Below are positions 19,466-29,987 of a DNA stretch of 64,000 bases, piece by piece (the first letter of the stretch is position 1; every line of letters begins with the position of its first letter). Under the pieces are notes generated by a model. That model saw nothing but the letters and a program-made list of their open reading frames with translations. It did no database searches and had not been told where the DNA came from. Origin of the DNA: a virus; IMG/VR virus record IMGVR_UViG_3300028581_000026, positions 1 to 64,000 of that record, one strand, 5' to 3'. The translations under genes were made by a program, and so were the position numbers.

Positions 19466-19877
19466 TTATTTTAATAAATTTGTATAAACTTCAATAGTTT
19501 TTTTAAAAAAATCATTTCTAACTATCATTTCATGATATTTTGTATAATCGTTCAACATTTTTCTTGAGTATATTGAAAATAATTCAGTGTCAAACATTTG
19601 TTTAAATAAATTTGTATTGTGTTCATTTATTAGTTTAGTATATTCTTTATATCTTTCTTCAAAATTTTCGTTTTTAATCACTATTTCTGCAAAACAACCG
19701 AGAAATATAATTGTATTATTAGTTTTTTTTGATGAAAAAACATATAAAGTGTTTTCAATTGGATATCCTGAATTCCAAACTAATTCTTTTCCGCTTTTAC
19801 ATTCAATCCAAATAATAAAACCGTCAACACAAACAATAAAATCAGGTGATTTTTGACTATTGAAGGGTTGTTTTCAT
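19466..19877 (-). pseudogene. PD-(D/E)xK restriction-endonuclease-like ORF with out-of-frame start
   Basis: Frame 19873..19466 reads KQPFNSQKSPDFIVCVDGFIIWIECKSGKELVWNSGYP...; the ATG at 19877 is one base out of frame. Confidence 0.6.
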
Positions 19878-19917
19878 TATTTTTGATATTTAGTAGTGAA
19901 TAATATTAATACAACCT

Positions 19918-19925
19918 CAAAGGTA
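19918..19925 (-). promoter_or_regulatory. TAnnTTTG -7 element
   Basis: Minus strand TACCTTTG with an upstream TTG. Confidence 0.55.
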
Positions 19926-19946
19926 GGAAATAAGTTTCAATAAAAC

Positions 19947-19986
19947 AAAAAACCCCAATAAATTTCTGCATTTATTGAGGTTTTTA
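19947..19986. terminator. Inverted repeat / terminator
   Basis: aaaaaccccaataaat-N5-atttattgaggttttt. Confidence 0.55.
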
Positions 19987-20060
19987 ATATATATTAACCA
20001 ACATAAAGAAAGGGAGTTGGGGGTTGTGAAATATAAATATATCAATATTTTCAAAAAATC

Positions 20061-20444
20061 TTATTTATAATAAAAAAAAGTTGTTTTTCCACCTTTTCTG
20101 GCAAGTTTTTTTTTATTAAACCATTTACACTCATCGTGTTCATACCCATCTCTAGCACCATCCAAATCAATATCAACCTTTGTTGAAATCTCATACATAA
20201 ACAAATAATATTTCATTCTTGATGCACCATTCAATGTTGCAACATAATCCAAGTTATCAATAATCTGAAGTCCAGTTTCTTCCCTAAATTCCCTTATTGC
20301 CCCTTCCTCAATCTTTTCACCCTTTTCTAAATGTCCACCAGGAACTGACCATATACCTGGTAAACTTCCCTTCTGACTACGTTTACACAATAAACATTGA
20401 TTCTTATATTTTAATAATATACCAGCACAATTTCCCATATTCAA
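20061..20444 (-). CDS. Nudix hydrolase
   Basis: Nudix box GGHLEKGEKIEEGAIREFREETG; C-terminus probably frameshifted at an A9 run. Confidence 0.9.
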   Translation of the reverse strand: MNMGNCAGILLKYKNQCLLCKRSQKGSLPGIWSVPGGHLEKGEKIEEGAIREFREETGLQIIDNLDYVATLNGASRMKYYLFMYEISTKVDIDLDGARDGYEHDECKWFNKKKLARKGGKTTFFYYK

Positions 20445-20464
20445 TTATTCTTATATTTATATAT

Positions 20465-20812
20465 ATGAAGTTAAGTATAAATGATAATAAATTCAAGGTA
20501 AAAGTTCAAACATCCCCAAAAGAAACTCAAGAAGGGATGATGAACAAAACCTTTGATAAAACATTCAACGGAATGTTATTTGTTATGAAAAACCAAGAAC
20601 ATTGTTTTTGGATGAAAAATTGTATTATATCCTTGGATATGATATTCATTGACGGTGATAAGATAACAAAAATTTATCATAATTGTCCCCCCTGTGAAGA
20701 TGAACCTTGTAAAAGATATTGTGGAGATGGTGGTTATATCTTGGAAGTCAAAGGTGGAACTTGCAAGAAATTGGGAATAAAAAAAGGGGATGTTGTTACA
20801 TTCCCCTCTTAA
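20465..20812 (+). CDS. DUF192 family protein
   Basis: GMM...GMLFV...FWMKNCIISLDMIFI...YILEVKGG; start ATG 20465. Confidence 0.85.
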   Translation: MKLSINDNKFKVKVQTSPKETQEGMMNKTFDKTFNGMLFVMKNQEHCFWMKNCIISLDMIFIDGDKITKIYHNCPPCEDEPCKRYCGDGGYILEVKGGTCKKLGIKKGDVVTFPS

Positions 20813-20814
20813 TA

Positions 20815-22485
20815 TTATCTTAATACTCTTTTTATTATATTCCTAAAATAACTCTCATTTACATTGGTTTCACTTTGCATCATCTGAACCAATTTACCCT
20901 TAAATGATTGAGCAATTTTTTTTACAAATCCAACATATGGTGTCTCGTCTTCTTTAACCGAAAATGGATTATATTTTCCTATCTTAACAACCCTACCATT
21001 TTCAATTTTCATTATTTCTGAAGTATCTTGAATGTAATATTGCCCATCAGATAATGGTTTTTTATTTCCTTTTTTATCCAATTTAGATACAGTTGAATCC
21101 ACCTCAATATTCTCAACAATTAAATCAGTACTATAAACATTATTAACTCTAACGGTTTCTCTTGCTGGTCGTTTTTCCTCTTTATTGGGGGGTCTGTTGG
21201 ATCTCTTCAAATAGTTAAGTCCTGATATATTGGTAATACATTTATGGCCACCACTATTTTTAAGAACAATGTCCCAACCACTAATTACAATGTTATCCAA
21301 TACTTCTTTGTCTTCCTCATTTAAATTAATGAATTGGGTGTCCATAATTCTTTCCAAATCTTCTTCTGAGACACTTTCATCCATCATCTCATATACATTC
21401 CCATATAACGCTTTTAAGTCCTTGTAAGTAAAACCAACTGACTCTTCATTAAATCCTGGGTCACTCTCGGATATCCATTTCAAACTTGATAATCTAACCT
21501 TAATTTTTTTAAGTTCCCCCTCAAATTCTTTTAAAACATCATCCTTGACTTCACCAAGATTAATACCTTTTAACTTTCTATCTTCTTTAAATGGATTACA
21601 TGATACTTGAACCATCCCCATTGGATATGCCGTTATTAAAAAGTCCCCATCTGGATTATTGATAAATGGGGTATATCTATCATACGAACCCTTTGGTCTA
21701 ATATAACCCAACCCATATTGGAATATTACACTATCTTCAATGTTAATGTCCTTATCGGTTGTTCTACGTTCAGTATAATCTGTTTGATTCTGTAATAAGT
21801 CTTCAACTAATTCATTGAAATCTCCACCAAGTAATTGTCTTATCTTTAGATAAATGCTAATAATTGATGGTGTACAATCTAAAACTAATGTTTCCAAGAA
21901 ATTGTCCTGACTTTTGAATGTTAATAACAATTTATTAACAACAAAGGTGAGCATAAATCTATTCTTCTTACTAGAGTTTTTGAAATCAAAGTTTAGAATA
22001 TCTTGTGGAGTAATACCATATCTAATAAAGTCAGCACTATCCACCGTTGAGATTGCTTGAATGTCCGTGTTTGTGAATATATCACTTGATGATATTATTT
22101 CAGATACCGTCTTAACATTTTACCTTGAATGTGAGAATTGTTTTGATTTTGTAAATTCAGCCCCAGCTTGTGTATCGTGGTGGTCAGTATGAATAACAAA
22201 CATTGGTTTTCCGTGAGCAAAATCTACTAATACTGGCATAACCTCACCACTCGCATTTGGTTTCTTTATGGCGAATTCTGAGGGTCCGTATTGAATGGTT
22301 TCGGCATCAACAACTTTGATTCCATAATCCTCCAAATATTTTTTCATGGCCAAGGCCGTTGTAACTCCGTCAAGTCAAAGGTCCTGATGAAAGTAGATTT
22401 TCGCTTTTTTATATCTGTCAGCTAATTTATTTATGTTTTGTATACCACTTTCTAGTAGTAAACTTTTTTTCTTATAAATTTTCAT
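20815..22485 (-). pseudogene. DHH-family phosphoesterase-like gene with two in-frame stops (TGA 22375-22377, TAA 22120-22122)
   Basis: One frame from ATG 22485: IYFHQDL*LDGVTTALAM...LVDFAH...HTDHH...SHSR*NVKTVS...DSADF...SGGH. Confidence 0.75.
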
Positions 22486-22493
22486 TTTAATCG

Positions 22494-23411
22494 TTATATT
22501 AATTTCATTAATAGTTCAATAGGATCTACTCTTGAACTATGTGGTGGTGAGGGTGGTGATGTGACTTGTGGTGGTGTTATTGGTTCTGTATCACTACTTT
22601 GAGCCAATATATTTTTTGACTCTGGAGTTGATGCGTATTGGGCTACTTTGGTATCTAAATCAGGTACAATTTTTCTTAATTCATCTTCAGTTCCTTTAAA
22701 GTCAGTTAATCCGTACCAATCTAACCAACCCATATACCATTTAGTATTCCCCATCAATTTTCTAACTGCTGGTCTACCTAAAGACTCAAATGTCTTTAAT
22801 TCCTTTCCTGCTAATCCAAAAATTTCTAACCAAGATTTTGCAGTATTAACGAACCCTCCACCTAAAAATGGAATATATTTAGCGGTTTGTTCTAACATTT
22901 TTATTACTTTTTCACCCCAAAATGGTGCTTTCTCAAGAATTTTTACAACAGGACCACCAACATTTTTTGCAGTTTCAGCTATTTTTGCGGCGTCTTTTGC
23001 TAATATTGCGGCTTTTAAAAGATTAACCCCTTTACCACCAACCTTTATTAAATTAAATGTCGGTTTTAATACACCCCCAAGAATGTCGCCAATTAATGGT
23101 ACTGCACTAATCCAAGACAAAATAGCAAATAGGATGTCGCCTTGTCTCCAATAACTATATCCATTATATAAGTCAATTGGTGTTCCAACAACAGGAAGCA
23201 TACCTAAAACATCCATAACTGTATTATACCAACGAGCTTCATTAATATTTATTTTTTTATTTGGGTACAATACATTATATATTTCCAAAACAATTTTTTT
23301 CTCGTTTTTAGATAATTTATTCCATTTTTGTTTTGTTATTATTTTTTCTTTTTCTTCATGGTACAATTGATTGACTTTTTGTTTGAATTGCACATCAGTT
23401 AAAATTTCCAT
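22494..23411 (-). CDS. Protein with pre-toxin TG-like helical hairpin
   Basis: DVLGMLPVVGTPIDLYNGYSYWRQGD...AILSWISAVPLIGD. Confidence 0.65.
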   Translation of the reverse strand: MEILTDVQFKQKVNQLYHEEKEKIITKQKWNKLSKNEKKIVLEIYNVLYPNKKININEARWYNTVMDVLGMLPVVGTPIDLYNGYSYWRQGDILFAILSWISAVPLIGDILGGVLKPTFNLIKVGGKGVNLLKAAILAKDAAKIAETAKNVGGPVVKILEKAPFWGEKVIKMLEQTAKYIPFLGGGFVNTAKSWLEIFGLAGKELKTFESLGRPAVRKLMGNTKWYMGWLDWYGLTDFKGTEDELRKIVPDLDTKVAQYASTPESKNILAQSSDTEPITPPQVTSPPSPPHSSRVDPIELLMKLI

Positions 23412-23453
23412 AAATATGTTTTCTATAAATACTCAACAAACTAAAAAAGGAAC

Positions 23454-24287
23454 TCAATGAGTCCCTTCCATATTCTTAAATATATGTGCTATCACATCCA
23501 CCGTCCATCCATTCCCCAACATTTTATACCTCTGAGTATTTGATAACCCACTCGTATAATTTAGTGGTAATGTTTGCATTAACTCACAATCTTGTGGTGA
23601 GTATTTATAAATCTGTCCCAATTCATTTTTACAAAATGAATTAACTTGTCCCTTATACATTGTCGCGGTTAAACAAGATGCTTTCTCTTTGTAGTGTTGG
23701 ACAACATCCTTTCTAATCTTTGGTCCCCCATAAAATAATAAGTCCAAGTAGTTCGGATATTTGTCTTTAAATTCTGGACTGATAACATCACATATTCTTA
23801 AACCCAAATCTTTTGGTTGTGTTATGTTTGGAATATTTGTCCAATATAATCTTGGTCTATTCTGACAAGAGACCAATTTACTATTTATCTGAATTGGTTT
23901 AACACCCATTTGTTCAGATATAATATCTTGCCACTCCTGTTTCATTACAACATTTTCAAGTAGAAAATATTTTGGATTACATTCATTTTTTATTCTAACA
24001 AACTCAAAGAATAATTTACTCCTTGGGTCATCAAAGTTCAATCCCTTTCCAACATTTGAAAATCCTTGGCAAGGTGACCCACCAATTATAAGGTGGATTG
24101 GTGGTAAGTCAGAACCTTTAATTTGTGTAACATCCCCAAGTTGAATTGTGTTGGGGAAATTCTTTTGTGTTATTTTGATTGCATAGGGATCAACTTCACT
24201 TGAGAAATAATTTTCATATTTTATTCCTATTTTATTAAGTGCGACTTGTCCACAGCTAACCCCATCGAAAAGACTTAGTACATTCAT
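23454..24287 (-). CDS. DNA (cytosine-5) methyltransferase
   Basis: VLSLFDG, GGSPCQGFS, LLENV, QNRPR, LGNGW motifs. Confidence 0.92.
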   Translation of the reverse strand: MNVLSLFDGVSCGQVALNKIGIKYENYFSSEVDPYAIKITQKNFPNTIQLGDVTQIKGSDLPPIHLIIGGSPCQGFSNVGKGLNFDDPRSKLFFEFVRIKNECNPKYFLLENVVMKQEWQDIISEQMGVKPIQINSKLVSCQNRPRLYWTNIPNITQPKDLGLRICDVISPEFKDKYPNYLDLLFYGGPKIRKDVVQHYKEKASCLTATMYKGQVNSFCKNELGQIYKYSPQDCELMQTLPLNYTSGLSNTQRYKMLGNGWTVDVIAHIFKNMEGTH

Positions 24288-24307
24288 TATTTAATATTTT
24301 TATAAAA

Positions 24308-24928
24308 TTAGTTGATTTTATTTGAAATGTCAATTTGTCTGATAACACAATCCAAGATATATTTCCCAACATTGGGATCAACACAATTTCTTATTATTTG
24401 GTCTTTTCTATGTTTTAGTTTAAACACCCTTAAATCAAAATATCCTTTGTCAGACATACCTCTTTCGTTATGGGTTAAACCATCTTTAATTTCAATTTTG
24501 GGAATATCAATGTTTGTCCAAAACAAATGTCTTCCCAATTTTATAGTTGGCTGAACAAGTGTCTCATAGTATGGTTTAACATTTTCAACAACGAATTTTA
24601 TATTGGTGTTTTTTGTATAATTTTGTAAGAAAATAATCTCAGCCCATAATTTCATATCTGGCATAACTGAATCGTAACTTCCACTTTTACTTGCCATCAT
24701 TCTAACTTTGCTATGACTTTGACAAGGTGGACTAGACCAAATAAAATCAAAGTTTCTCCAATTCTTGGCAAGGTATTCGTGAGCATCACCAACAATTACA
24801 TTATCATTCGGAAAAAAATGTTTATATACATTTGCAATTTCTTCATTATACTCAATGGCTGTTACTTCAACATTTTCCCAATATTTTCTATTTCCCCCAA
24901 TTCCAGCATATAGATTTAATACATTCAT
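24308..24928 (-). CDS. Short DNA (cytosine-5) methyltransferase
   Basis: LNLYAGIGG, SSPPCQSHS, VVENV, IRNCV. Confidence 0.85.
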   Translation of the reverse strand: MNVLNLYAGIGGNRKYWENVEVTAIEYNEEIANVYKHFFPNDNVIVGDAHEYLAKNWRNFDFIWSSPPCQSHSKVRMMASKSGSYDSVMPDMKLWAEIIFLQNYTKNTNIKFVVENVKPYYETLVQPTIKLGRHLFWTNIDIPKIEIKDGLTHNERGMSDKGYFDLRVFKLKHRKDQIIRNCVDPNVGKYILDCVIRQIDISNKIN

Positions 24929-25986
24929 TGTTCAATATTTTTTAATATGTGTGCAATAACGTCCACCGTCCATCCATTTCCCAACATTTTTCTCGCTTGA
25001 GTTGATGTGACAACATTAGTATAGTTATCAGGAATTGTTTGTAGTCGTTCCATTTCAATTAAATGTAGTTTTCTATATCTCCAAGTATTATCAACAATAT
25101 AATCCAATGGTGACTCTACTGTAACCAAACAATTACCTTTACCATTTTTCTGCTGTGCATACATCTTATGTTCTTTACTCCTAGGTGTTGAGTCCTTACC
25201 AGTTTCCTGTCTTATCTTTCTCCTCATATCTTTACCCTCTTGAGTTCTTGTTTCATAAAATGAAATTGGTGTGTTATCTGACAAATTAACAACAATTTTT
25301 TTACTATTAATTGCCTTGAAAGTTATTGCTAATTCATTCTGTTCAAAATCTATACTAGACCTTAAATTTGAAATTTTTTCATCAATTGATAACCCCATCG
25401 GTTGTTCTTCAACTATATCTTTCAACATAATTTTCTTATCAATAGGTTGGGTTACATTGGGAATGTTTGTCCAATACAATCTTCTTCTGTTTTGTGCTGA
25501 AACAAGTGCTGAATTGATTTCAATAGGTTTGACTCCCAAGACATCAGAAATCATATTTTCCCACTTCTTTAACATCTTAACGTTTTCTAGTAGAAAATAT
25601 TTTGGTTTAACTTCTTTCAGTATTCTAACATATTCCCAAAATAGATAAGATTGTCCTTGGAACTCAAATCCATCATTTTTCAATCTTAGATATTCATCCA
25701 AAGTAGTAATCTCATAATTGTCTTTTGTTGCCATACCTTTCATATTACCAGCAAAAGACAAGTTTTGACAAGGTGAACCACCAAATAAAATGTCTATTGC
25801 AGGTAGATTACTACTAGTTATTTCTTTTATGTCCCCCAATTGAATTGTATTGGGGTAATTGTGTTGTGTTACTTTAATAGCATACTTATCCACTTCTGAG
25901 GCAAAGTAATTATCATACTTTATCCCAGCACGATTCAATGCAACTTGGCCACAACTAATTCCATCAAACAGACTTAATACATTCAT
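24925..25986 (-). CDS. DNA (cytosine-5) methyltransferase
   Basis: VLSLFDG, GGSPCQ, LLENV, AQNRRR, LGNGWTVDVI. Confidence 0.92.
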   Translation of the reverse strand: MNVLSLFDGISCGQVALNRAGIKYDNYFASEVDKYAIKVTQHNYPNTIQLGDIKEITSSNLPAIDILFGGSPCQNLSFAGNMKGMATKDNYEITTLDEYLRLKNDGFEFQGQSYLFWEYVRILKEVKPKYFLLENVKMLKKWENMISDVLGVKPIEINSALVSAQNRRRLYWTNIPNVTQPIDKKIMLKDIVEEQPMGLSIDEKISNLRSSIDFEQNELAITFKAINSKKIVVNLSDNTPISFYETRTQEGKDMRRKIRQETGKDSTPRSKEHKMYAQQKNGKGNCLVTVESPLDYIVDNTWRYRKLHLIEMERLQTIPDNYTNVVTSTQARKMLGNGWTVDVIAHILKNIEQ

Positions 25987-26228
25987 TTATTTTCCAATTG
26001 ATTAATATGATGTTGAAGATACCACAAGGCTTTTTTAAGGTCTTCAATTTCTTTTGATTTATCTTTCTTTCCAGCTCTACTAATATACTTTACGGTGTTA
26101 CCCAAAGCAAATCCTAATTCCCAAGCATCAATAACTTTGATGGCTTCATATACATTTGATTCTCCCCCATAATGACTGGGGTGATTGATATTTTCTTTCT
26201 TCTCCCAAGTTTTAGTTACGGTCTCCAT
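25983..26228 (-). CDS. DUF3310 family protein
   Basis: INHPSHY...EAIKVI...LGNTVKYISRAGKK...EDLKKALWYL. Confidence 0.85.
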   Translation of the reverse strand: METVTKTWEKKENINHPSHYGGESNVYEAIKVIDAWELGFALGNTVKYISRAGKKDKSKEIEDLKKALWYLQHHINQLENK

Positions 26229-26422
26229 TTGATTTCTTCATTTTTAGTTTTATTCATATTTTTTCCTGTTTTTTCATAATCTTGGAGAAGTTGTTCAACT
26301 ATATTATCCAAAGGATTATTTCCGTTTTCTTTTTGGGATTGATAAACGGATAAGGATACATCTTTTGTTTCCTTCCAACCTTTTGTGTTGGTCAATGTGA
26401 TTCTGATTTTTAATGATTCCAT
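26216..26422 (-). CDS. Hypothetical protein
   Basis: Operon packing. Confidence 0.55.
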   Translation of the reverse strand: MESLKIRITLTNTKGWKETKDVSLSVYQSQKENGNNPLDNIVEQLLQDYEKTGKNMNKTKNEEIKWRP

Positions 26423-26461
26423 ATGTTTTTTAAAAATGATAAAATATTTCAGTTAAATTGT

Positions 26462-27157
26462 CTATCTAATTGTTAAGTTTTTTGATTGGAATATATAAGA
26501 CAATACCTTTCTCTTTATTAATGGAAATAACGTTTCTTCGAATGGAACGTCTTTGGAACAAAAGATATTGAACACTGGTAACTCATTCTCTTTTGATATG
26601 ATAATTTTTAATATGTTGGGATCAGTAACTTCAGTAAATGTTGTCTTGTTTGAATTCTTATACTTTCTAATATTATACTCCCAAATCTTGGTAAAATTAT
26701 TAGATTTGGTATTACAATAACCCTTCTTTGAAGTTAAGTTATCTTCGTTTAAAATGGAGGTTACTTCAATGGAATCGTAAACTACTGTCCATATTGATTT
26801 AATGATATTGAAATAATCCTGAAGTTTTGTATCACTATATTTCAATATTTCTTTTAATTCGGTTCTTTTTGGTTCTGTAAGATTGGGGATTTCTTTTGTC
26901 TTTAAATCGGTAAAACTTAATTCTTCATCAATTGATTTAAGTTTTTTATCAACATATATAATTTTTCCGTGTTTGGATATGTTTTTGATATTTGCTAAAT
27001 GGAGGGTTATTTCCGTAAACATTGGATAAACTTTCATTTCTTCCAATTGGGTATTTAATTTTTGGAAATAACCCAACAAAACATATTGTTTTTGTTCTGC
27101 ATCAATTACACCATGGAACAACCAATCTGTATCCATCAAAAACTTTAATTTCTTCAT
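26462..27157 (-). CDS. Hypothetical protein (Bacteroidota-like)
   Basis: DWLFHGVIDAEQKQYVLLGY...PFEETLFPLIKRK. Confidence 0.75.
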   Translation of the reverse strand: MKKLKFLMDTDWLFHGVIDAEQKQYVLLGYFQKLNTQLEEMKVYPMFTEITLHLANIKNISKHGKIIYVDKKLKSIDEELSFTDLKTKEIPNLTEPKRTELKEILKYSDTKLQDYFNIIKSIWTVVYDSIEVTSILNEDNLTSKKGYCNTKSNNFTKIWEYNIRKYKNSNKTTFTEVTDPNILKIIISKENELPVFNIFCSKDVPFEETLFPLIKRKVLSYIFQSKNLTIR

Positions 27158-27162
27158 AATAC

Positions 27163-27170
27163 CAAATATA
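27163..27170 (-). promoter_or_regulatory. TAnnTTTG -7 element
   Basis: Minus strand TATATTTG just before ATG 27157. Confidence 0.4.
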
Positions 27171-27193
27171 ATTAAAGTTTTGATTAAAATAAA

Positions 27194-28540
27194 TTAATTA
27201 ATTCTCATTACAACAAATCTATGTCTTTGACCATCCGAGGTTGTAACCATTTGTTCATCATAACTCGACAAAATTCTAATTCCATCAATATCTACCATCT
27301 CTTTAGCTATTTCATCAATATCCACATAATATTTCAAATCAGCACCCATATTTGTTAGATAATCAATTGGGCTTTCACTATCAACCAATGAATCAACTTT
27401 ATCTTCAATCATTTCATCTGTTGGTTCGGTGTCAGGTTCAATACCATCAAGTTCCTCTTGAGCATTATCAATCAGTTCTTGAATTTCATCATATTTTTCA
27501 GAATATTCATCTGGGTCTTCAATTTCATCTTCCAAATTACTTTGTTGTTCTTCCAATTGACTAATATAATTTTCCAATTGTTCTTTTCTTTCTTCTTGTT
27601 CTTCTGTTAACTCAAAGTCATCAGAGTCAAACCAAGATTCTGGACTATCACGGATACTATCTTCATAATGTTCTCTCATTTCATCTCTTACTTGGTCTTC
27701 ATCAATGTATTGTGCTAAATCAACACCTTCAAGTCCAAGTTCTATCGTATATTGTAAAGCAGATTTTTCAGCGTCAGCCATAGTTCCAACAGCATATTCT
27801 TTCCCTCTATGTCCAACAACTTCAAACATACTCATCTCATAGTGTCTATATTTCATTGGTATGATAGAATATACATCGGCAACATCGTTAGTCAAATCAT
27901 CAATTTCTTCTTGTAGATTATCAATTTCATTATATAATTCTTCCCTTTCTTCGGAGTCTGGGTCTAATTCAGCACCTTGTTGTACTAATTCTTCAATTCT
28001 TTCCTTTAAAGATTCAATTTCTTCTTTCGTATCTTCATCCATTTCATCTAGTTCTCCTTCACTAACCAAATATTGGTATAAGGCATTGACTATTAGTCCT
28101 TCGTCATCTATATCAGGATTATCCAAATCCCATTCACCACTTTCTTTTCTTTCTAGGGCTAATTCCTTTTTTTCTTGTTCCTCTCGTGCAATCCTTCGTT
28201 TTTCTATGGGTGTACCCCAATCAGTAACATAACCTTTTACAATGGTTTTACCAATGTCAGATATCTTGGTATGTGATACATCTAAATTACCATAAATGTA
28301 AGCAACATTACCCAACTCAGTCATTTCTGGCATATCACTCAATTTTAAATTACCTGTTATGTAAAGTGGTTTTCCTTTGAATTTTTTAATATAAGTTGCA
28401 TCGGCTTGATAATACGCCATCTTCATTAATGTTCTATATTCATCTGGTGCCATTATATAATACTCATAATCCTCATTTTGTTCTTTCAACAATTTGATTA
28501 ACCTTTTGAATTGTTCTTCGTTTAATATTATTTTTCTCAT
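27194..28540 (-). CDS. Very acidic coiled-coil protein with shared leader and short LRR-like segment
   Basis: MRKIILNEEQFKRLIKLLKEQ; GNLKLSD...LGNVAYIYGNLDVSHTKISDIG; D/E-rich helices. Confidence 0.8.
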   Translation of the reverse strand: MRKIILNEEQFKRLIKLLKEQNEDYEYYIMAPDEYRTLMKMAYYQADATYIKKFKGKPLYITGNLKLSDMPEMTELGNVAYIYGNLDVSHTKISDIGKTIVKGYVTDWGTPIEKRRIAREEQEKKELALERKESGEWDLDNPDIDDEGLIVNALYQYLVSEGELDEMDEDTKEEIESLKERIEELVQQGAELDPDSEEREELYNEIDNLQEEIDDLTNDVADVYSIIPMKYRHYEMSMFEVVGHRGKEYAVGTMADAEKSALQYTIELGLEGVDLAQYIDEDQVRDEMREHYEDSIRDSPESWFDSDDFELTEEQEERKEQLENYISQLEEQQSNLEDEIEDPDEYSEKYDEIQELIDNAQEELDGIEPDTEPTDEMIEDKVDSLVDSESPIDYLTNMGADLKYYVDIDEIAKEMVDIDGIRILSSYDEQMVTTSDGQRHRFVVMRIN

Positions 28541-29313
28541 AATAGTTTTCTTAATGTTCTTCTTATTTGTTCTGACATCTCTCTACCAGGATTTATATTA
28601 TCTGATTTATCATCCTTAGTTGGTTGTCCACCACCAGTTCCAATTGGTTCATATGTTACATTAGGTTCTTTATATTTGAATGGACCATCATTGAATTTGA
28701 ATGGGGGGTCATCATCGTCACAATCATAATATCCTTTTTTGCAACAATCCAACCATGTTCCCGCCATACTAAACATTTCTTGTGCTTGTTTATGATGAGG
28801 GTCTTTTCTCATTCTACCTTCATCGTGTTTAGGTTTTAATAATTTACTATATTTCTTTTTAATAAAATTAAGTCTCATTTTTCTTATTTCTTCTACTGAT
28901 ACCCCAATTTATTTTGATAGTAATTCAGCAAACTCATAAAACTTGGGATCAGGTAAATGGTCATATTTTTTAATGAAATCATTTATCTTTTCTTCATTAC
29001 TATTTGATGAAAAATTTCTTTGAGCAGGTAAATCTACCCCACTTTTATATTTCTTTTTCAATTCATCTACCTTATAGTGTGCGGTATTGTATATCCTGTG
29101 TAACATATTCAAATGTTTTTTATCACAAACATTATCACTTGGTGCTAACTCATTCAAATGTTCATCTAGTTCCATCATAAAAGAATATGCTTCGTCAAAA
29201 GATGTGTAAGTATTATTTTCACCAATCGTAGGTTCGTTTAGTTTGGATTCATTTAACACCCTTTTAACCAACTTGGTTAAATCTCGTTCTGTACGTCTGA
29301 TTATTTTTCTCAT
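28537..29313 (-). pseudogene. Leader-bearing protein interrupted by an in-frame TAA (28909-28911)
   Basis: MRKIIRRTERDLTKLVKRVLNES...AELLSK*IGVSVEEIRKMRLNF... is continuous with ORF 28537..28878. Confidence 0.6.
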
Positions 29314-29370
29314 TAAAAAAGTATTTTTGTTTAATTTACATATAATAAATATATCAGTAATTAGATATTT

Positions 29371-29973
29371 ATGGTTATGAATATTGGGATATATAAAATA
29401 CAAAATAAAATAAACAATAAAGTTTATATTGGTAGTTCTATTGTTTTGAATAAAAGAAAGTATAAACATTTTTGGATGCTGAACAAAGGTGTTCACCCAA
29501 ACATTTATTTACAGAAATCTTATAATAAAAATGGTACTGAGGTTTTTGAATTTGAAATATTGGAATTATGTGAAGAAAATGATTTAATTTCAAGAGAAAA
29601 TTATTATATTAATTATTATAAGTCTAATGAGATGGAGTTTGGTTACAATTTAGCATTGGTTGGGGATTCAAGAAGAAATATTGTAAGCGATGAAGTTAAA
29701 ATGAAATTATCAAAACATAATCAAATTAAAAATGGTAATTTTTCAAAATATAGTTTAATCAATTTGAAAAATAATATATTTAACATTTTTGATAACTTAA
29801 AGGATGGTGCTAGATATTTATTAGATAATGGGTTCGCTAATGGTAATGAAAAAAATGTTAGACAAACATTATCAGTTTGTTTGAGGGGTAAACCAATAGA
29901 CAATGGTAATAAAAAATGTAATACAATCAGACAAACTTGTTATAGTCATAGATTTGAAATCATAAACAACTAA
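29371..29973 (+). CDS. GIY-YIG homing endonuclease
   Basis: IGIYKIQNKINNKVYIGSS...R...H...LQKSYNK...RENYYI...GYN; NUMOD-like C-terminus. Confidence 0.9.
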   Translation: MVMNIGIYKIQNKINNKVYIGSSIVLNKRKYKHFWMLNKGVHPNIYLQKSYNKNGTEVFEFEILELCEENDLISRENYYINYYKSNEMEFGYNLALVGDSRRNIVSDEVKMKLSKHNQIKNGNFSKYSLINLKNNIFNIFDNLKDGARYLLDNGFANGNEKNVRQTLSVCLRGKPIDNGNKKCNTIRQTCYSHRFEIINN

Positions 29974-29987
29974 AAAACAAAACAATT

